64,000 nt of DNA, from contig NMRA01000262.1 of assembly GCA_002633005.1 (NCBI GenBank), positions 322,298 to 386,297 on the forward strand, read 5' to 3'. The notes beneath the pieces were generated by a model. The model saw only the letters and a program-made list of their open reading frames with translations, ran no database searches and was not told the origin of the DNA. This stretch comes from Phoronis australis (taxonomy: Eukaryota; Animalia; Phoronida). Shown here one piece after another: positions 56,801-62,800 of this stretch; the stretch's first letter is position 1; each line of letters begins with the position of its first letter. The position numbers and the translations under genes are program-made.

Positions 56801-59800
56801 TAAAGCCCAAGATGTATAAATTGAAAATGTCAAATGTCAGGATGTAGAGAAATTTCCCTGTTGAAATGAAGTACTCATACAAACTGAAAGCAACTTGCTT
56901 ATTTTCACACAAAATGACTGAAAACAAGATTTAGTGTTACTGCCAATTTCATAGCTGATCCCAAGTTATGCCAATGTCCACCAAACTTTGATGAGATATA
57001 GTTTGATCAATTTTTTTGAATGGAAACAAGAGACTTATCAGAATATTTGGTCTGTAGAATTTGGGACATTGGACATTCAGTACATAATTGTATACAAGTT
57101 GCTGACTAAGTTGTCTTTGGGAGGACATTATGTTCAAGTTGCTGACTTAGTTCTAGTTTTGAATCTGTTCTTTTATCATTTTTGCGTGTAGAAGGTTAGT
57201 GGAGGCCATATTGATGACTGGATGTGACCTGTGTGCAAGTACCAAACCCTGGGACATCCAATGCAATACTGTTAGCGTTATATTTGAGGAATTTTACCTC
57301 CAGGTAGAGATCAATTGCCATAGATTACTGTCAATGCATGAGTCACTGTAGTGAAGAGTAGAGTTGTAGAAACAGTTTTCTACTGCATTGGAGGTGGTTA
57401 GTCTCACCTCCATGTACAATAATACCTGCTATAGGTTGGCAAGGCAATGTATGGGTGTTGTGAGTGGTGTGAGCTGTAGTCTATTTCTCTGAAGCCTGTA
57501 GTGATTTCTATTCTGAATATTAGAAGAAAACATGGGTTTATAGACTCTTTAAATTGCTTTTTTGAATGATTGGTCTATTACATCACTTCATTGTCAAAAT
57601 AATTACATAATGAGACAGTGAGAGACATTCACTCAAGCAACTAAGGATGACAAAGAAGGACAATCAGGACAAGAAAAATTGTAATGTATTTTATAGTATT
57701 ATGATGGTTGTTCTTTTTATTGATATAGTTATTATAATGTTGAATTTAGATGGTTTACAATCATGGCACACAACTAAGAGTTAAGAGCAACATTGTACGA
57801 AACAAGACAAGGCATGCAATAGTGTCAGTGCAAATAATAAATATATTAATAGATAATAAAACTATAAAGGATATTTTCATCGTGTTTGGTAGGTTTATTC
57901 CAAAATACACGAATACACAAAACAGTAATAATAAGTAAATAATTAAAGTAACAAATAAGATAAGGACACACTACAGACACATGGTAATAGGAGCCTATCA
58001 AAGAACTTCCCTTCATTGCTCTGTGATGCTTTGTAGTGTCAAAAAGGTGTGCTCCATTGCACGTTTCAAATGTCTGACACATACCATCATTATTTTTCTT
58101 TTGCCATAGTCGATAAAAAACGAATGAAATTTTTGTCATCACCGACGATTATTATCACTGAGAAGTAGTTACTTGTGCACACTTTAAAACCAGTAATTTC
58201 TTTTTGTCTTCATTGTTTTATACTTTACAGTGACCTCAACACCATTACTCTGAAACTTGTTTCTTGTTTGTAAATGTTATCTTAGAACTCCATTTCTGTG
58301 TATTTCTATTAATGACTCATATTTTACTACCAATTATCAGATCAGAAAAGCATCGGCTATGAATGATTGCATTTTGTTGCAAGGTTAGATAATTGTTTGG
58401 AATTCAAAACCAACAAAGAACTGGGAAAATGACATTGCTTTCATGCTTCACAATATTTAAATTTAATTTTTTTTTCAAAATTATTCACCAGGTTCATACG
58501 TACACTCGCTATTTTGTTTCATGATTTTCCTTTCTCACTCTCAGTTGCTGCCTGTTTTCACAACCTATTTGGCTCACACTTTTCCACTCTACTTTAACTG
58601 GTAGAAGCCTTTCCCCGCTCTCCACCTGGCAATCTTGCTCAGAGTGAAAAGCTACACTTGGAGCAGATCTGCTCCTATTTTTTCAGTGTATGTCAGGGTC
58701 TTATACCATTATTGCTAGTGCATGCTTTGATCAGTTCTTTACATCCTGGGTCCAGATCTGTTCATAATTGCTAGTGCATCATGGGCTTAGATGAACTCAT
58801 TTACAGTACAAGCTAAAAGAAAGCAGACACCATTTCCACATCATGGCTATCAATTCCGCCTGCATTTTTTTCCCGCTGAACTCGAACTGGAAATAACACA
58901 CCACGATGCATAATAACAGCTGTAATCTGTCATCATAACTCTAATGACATCATACCGGTCCATTACTTTGAACAACCAAGTACTTATGAGGCAACAACTC
59001 AACTACCAAAGTACATAATGGCACACTGCCCAATTACAAGATTTTTGCCCAGTGACAATCATAAAAGTTTAACTATACCTTTCAATCACGCAGAGTTTGG
59101 GTATTTTCTGTTAGCTGTTAGCGGACTGAGACCAATGCCTACGTACAGCTGAATTATGAAAAAAAAAATTTTACCGTAATCAGTTTGCAAAATACTTGCA
59201 TGGGATAAATATTTCTGCACGATTAGAGCAAAATTGTTCTCATGAACATTCTGATTCTGTCGCGTATTTTGTAAGCAAGACCATGTACCTTAAATGATGA
59301 ATTTGCGAAGCCTCAAAGTACTGCACAGGGCATCGGAATATGTTAAATTGTGCCCTTTAGAAAAAGATAACAATGTTACTAGGTGTTGTAATACCATAAC
59401 AAATAACAAAAAACAAAACATCAAATACAATCCTTTCTTCATGTGCTCAAAATTATCTTCATGAGACCAGGGACGGAAAGACATCAAATAATTAATAAAG
59501 CAACCGAAAGAATGAACTGTAGACCAATGAAAGCGGAAGGCGGAGATTTTTGTGGAAATTGTACATAAGAGTGTGGGCCTAAATCAGCGCTCTGGTGTTG
59601 TGTCAATATCATGAACAACATGAAATCAGTAGCACAGTACATGTACATGAATCAGTTTTAATTCGATGTAACTTGAGACAGAAACGCGGACTTTTGCATG
59701 TATAAAGTAGCAATGAGTGACCTAATTACAGTGTAACTGTCGCTTGCATTGGGATTCATCTTTTAAAGTTAACTTGAGGTTTGTTCACGATTGATTAGAT

Positions 59801-62800
59801 CAGAAATATAGGAACAACTAGCTATTCCACTTGAATTAAACATGACATGTCTACTCATACATGACATGTCTACTCATACATGACATGTCTACTCATACAT
59901 GACATGTCTACTCATACATGACATGTGTACACTTATACATGACATGTCTATTCATACATGACATGTCTACTCATACAGTTAATTCCGCTAAACATGACAT
60001 TTCTACTCATACAGTGCAGTTTCGCTAAATTATGTCAACTGAAATAGCATGGAATTTTATCTGCTCAGCAGGCCTGACTTGGAATACCTTTGTTTTTTCC
60101 GTTTACTTTTGGCTTGAACTGTATTAACTAGTGCATGCTGGGATCAGATCTGTTCACATTACTAAGAGTGCATATTGTAGATTCATCACGGCTTGGAATT
60201 TTCCTCTTTTAAGAGGATTACCTCTTTTTTGATTTCCACTTGTTTCCAGTTTCCCCTTTTTTTGTTTTTTTTTTCATTTTGACTTGATTCACTCAAAAAT
60301 GTTTATTTCAGTTAATTTTTACATCACAAAAATATCTCCATCGCACTATCCTATTTATTTGTGGAACGATACATCACCTGTCCTCGTTTTTGTCATTGGT
60401 CATTCCAAGCCCTGATTCATAATAGCTATAGTGCATGTTCTTGGGATCATATCTGTCGTGTAGCAGGATCAGATCTTTTCACATATCTGACTAGTGCATG
60501 ATGGGATCTAGGTTGCATCCTATAGATACAAGGCTGTAGTCACGTGATAGTGTAATCATGTGCTTCCCTTTTAATGGATGGCAACATTTTGATGGTGAGG
60601 AAGTACATGATAACAATTCTCTCACAAGAAACTTAATTGGTCTCAGGAACGCAATCCAGATCTGTTCACATAACTAGGGGATGATGAGGTCATATCTGCT
60701 CATATAACTAGTGCATGATGAAGTCATATCTGTTCATATAACTAGTGCATGATGAGATCAGACCTCTTCATATAGCTAGTGCATGCTTGTCGTTGTTGCT
60801 ATCGTCGTAACTGTTGTCATTCTAGAGAGATGTTGATGTACCACAGTATGACTGCTGCTGATCTTTGCTCAATGTATAAACCATGGAACCTCCAGGTCAA
60901 GTTAGTTAACATCATTATGGAAGAGTTCTGGCAACAGGTAATGCATGTTGTAGCAACACAATATGGTAGTTATATAACCATTAAAGCCATTGGAAATTAA
61001 TGTTTTTTTCTAAATGTTGTTATGTGTAGCTTATTGTGAGATAGCCTGTAGCCTGGCTGCTACATGAAGTAGTGACATTTTGTGAGCTTATTACATGCCA
61101 TCTGTTTATCATGTTGCCTAATGATGGAACATAAAATCATTCATTTGAATTTGTTCACAATGTCTTCATGATGACATCCATTTTTATTTTCTGATAACTT
61201 TCAACATAAACAAGCAGATTCTCCTGGAACAGTACCCAAACTTTTGCTTCTTATTTTCTTCCCAGTAAAATCAGGGACTTCAACTTTTGTAGACTGTCAA
61301 TTTTTAGTATTAAGCTTATGCTGATGAATGTTTTTCAATCCCTGAGCGTTTTTGGCGGCATGCCAGCAGTTTTCCCAAATGTTCCTTGCATTAGTCAAGT
61401 GAAATAATCTATGTTTGTAAAGATGGCAAAATTTGACAAGGTTAAGCTGGTCCATCCTACACAGCGATACTGGAATCTTGCTGTATTTACCCAGGATGTT
61501 ATAAACATCCGTCGGAACATTTGCTCTCTCCTTTTCGTGCCATTGGAATTACACTTATTTGTTGTTGTCTGATTCTTTTCAAGTTTTATTCGTAATTCCA
61601 ATGCTAATAAAGTATTACTGCTGTGTTATAGGCTGCATCTCCGATGTGAGAAATTTTAATAAACTGGACAGTCAAATGCCCATGTATACGTGATGTGATA
61701 TTCTTTGCCTTACTGACATCAATGAGAGACACAAAAATGTGCATGATTTCCAAAAAAGAGGTCACAGGCGTTTTTATCTCTGGGACAAATGAGAGTTCTA
61801 TTGCCCAACTGAGACTAAACCTTACAAATATGAATTCAAGCACTTTTACAGAAGGTGTTGGAAATGTTCCCCATCGGCATCTAAGCACAATTTAATTCGC
61901 ACAGCTCTATGGAATACATTAGTCAAGAATGAAATTGACAAACTACTGAAAAAACTCTTATAGGCACATTGAGTGCTACATGAAGTTTTGAGCCCCAAGC
62001 TCAAGCAGAAAAAATTATTACGAAATGTTTGTGGCCAAGATGTCTAAGGAGATTCACCTTGTATTCAAACTTTTGTATGTTTTTTCCACAAATATAAGCA
62101 GTGCACTATGTTAGTGTGAGTCACAAATACTTATGTTCACTTACAACCATTTCAGGGTGATGAGGAGAAGACACAAGGAATCCAACCTATAGCTATGATG
62201 GACAGAGCCAAGGCACACCAGCTTCCTCAGAGCCAGGTACTGTTTTAACAAGCACTTCCTGCAATACCACAGTGCTCTTTTGATTCTGCAGTATTTACCC
62301 ACAAACCTGTGCATTTGCTGGGCACTTCCCTCACAGCTGTGCACTGCTGCTGTGTTAATAACTATAGTTTGCCATTTGTCATCATTCTTACGCCAATAAA
62401 ATTTTAAGTGAGTTGCAATACAAACTCAAGTCCCTGGGATCCACACACATAGTTACACTAGAACAACTTGCACTAGTGCAACTTACCATGGGCGGCGCAG
62501 CACTGAAAAAAGTGGGGACTATCAGCCCCCCTGTGGTACACCGCCCATAGACCATGGGTGCCAGAGCACTGAAAAAAGTGGGACTATAGCCCCCAGCCCC
62601 CCTATGGTGCGCCGCCCATGCTTACCCCTCTTTTAAGTGGAGCTTCCACATATATCCAATAACTGGGCCAGGTGCCTTCATCTATTCTCACTCAAGTCAA
62701 GGTAAAAATAATTCAAATTAAGTTAGTGTGTAGGTAGTTAATAGAGAAGATATTCTGGACACGTCCTAGTAAGTGCACACCACCAGGACAAGTAATGCCA

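Larger units (their letters stand above)
57335..60947 (+). promoter_or_regulatory. Cluster of TGCATG (RBFOX-type) intronic splicing motifs around exons 21a/21b
   Basis: TGCATG read at 57335, 58719, 59197, 59695, 60132, 60432, 60495, 60712, 60746, 60780 and 60942. Function is inferred only. Confidence 0.5.

Noticed and set aside
57304-60825. A third copy of exon 21, or further copies of exon 12
   Set aside because: Scanning by eye for DL..KPW/EEF and NFA..LV.ADR codons found none; a sensitive tblastn is needed to exclude a highly diverged copy.
61330-61900. Possible LINE reverse transcriptase remnant or antisense gene
   Set aside because: Only faint motif resemblance across broken frames; not supportable without an HMM search.
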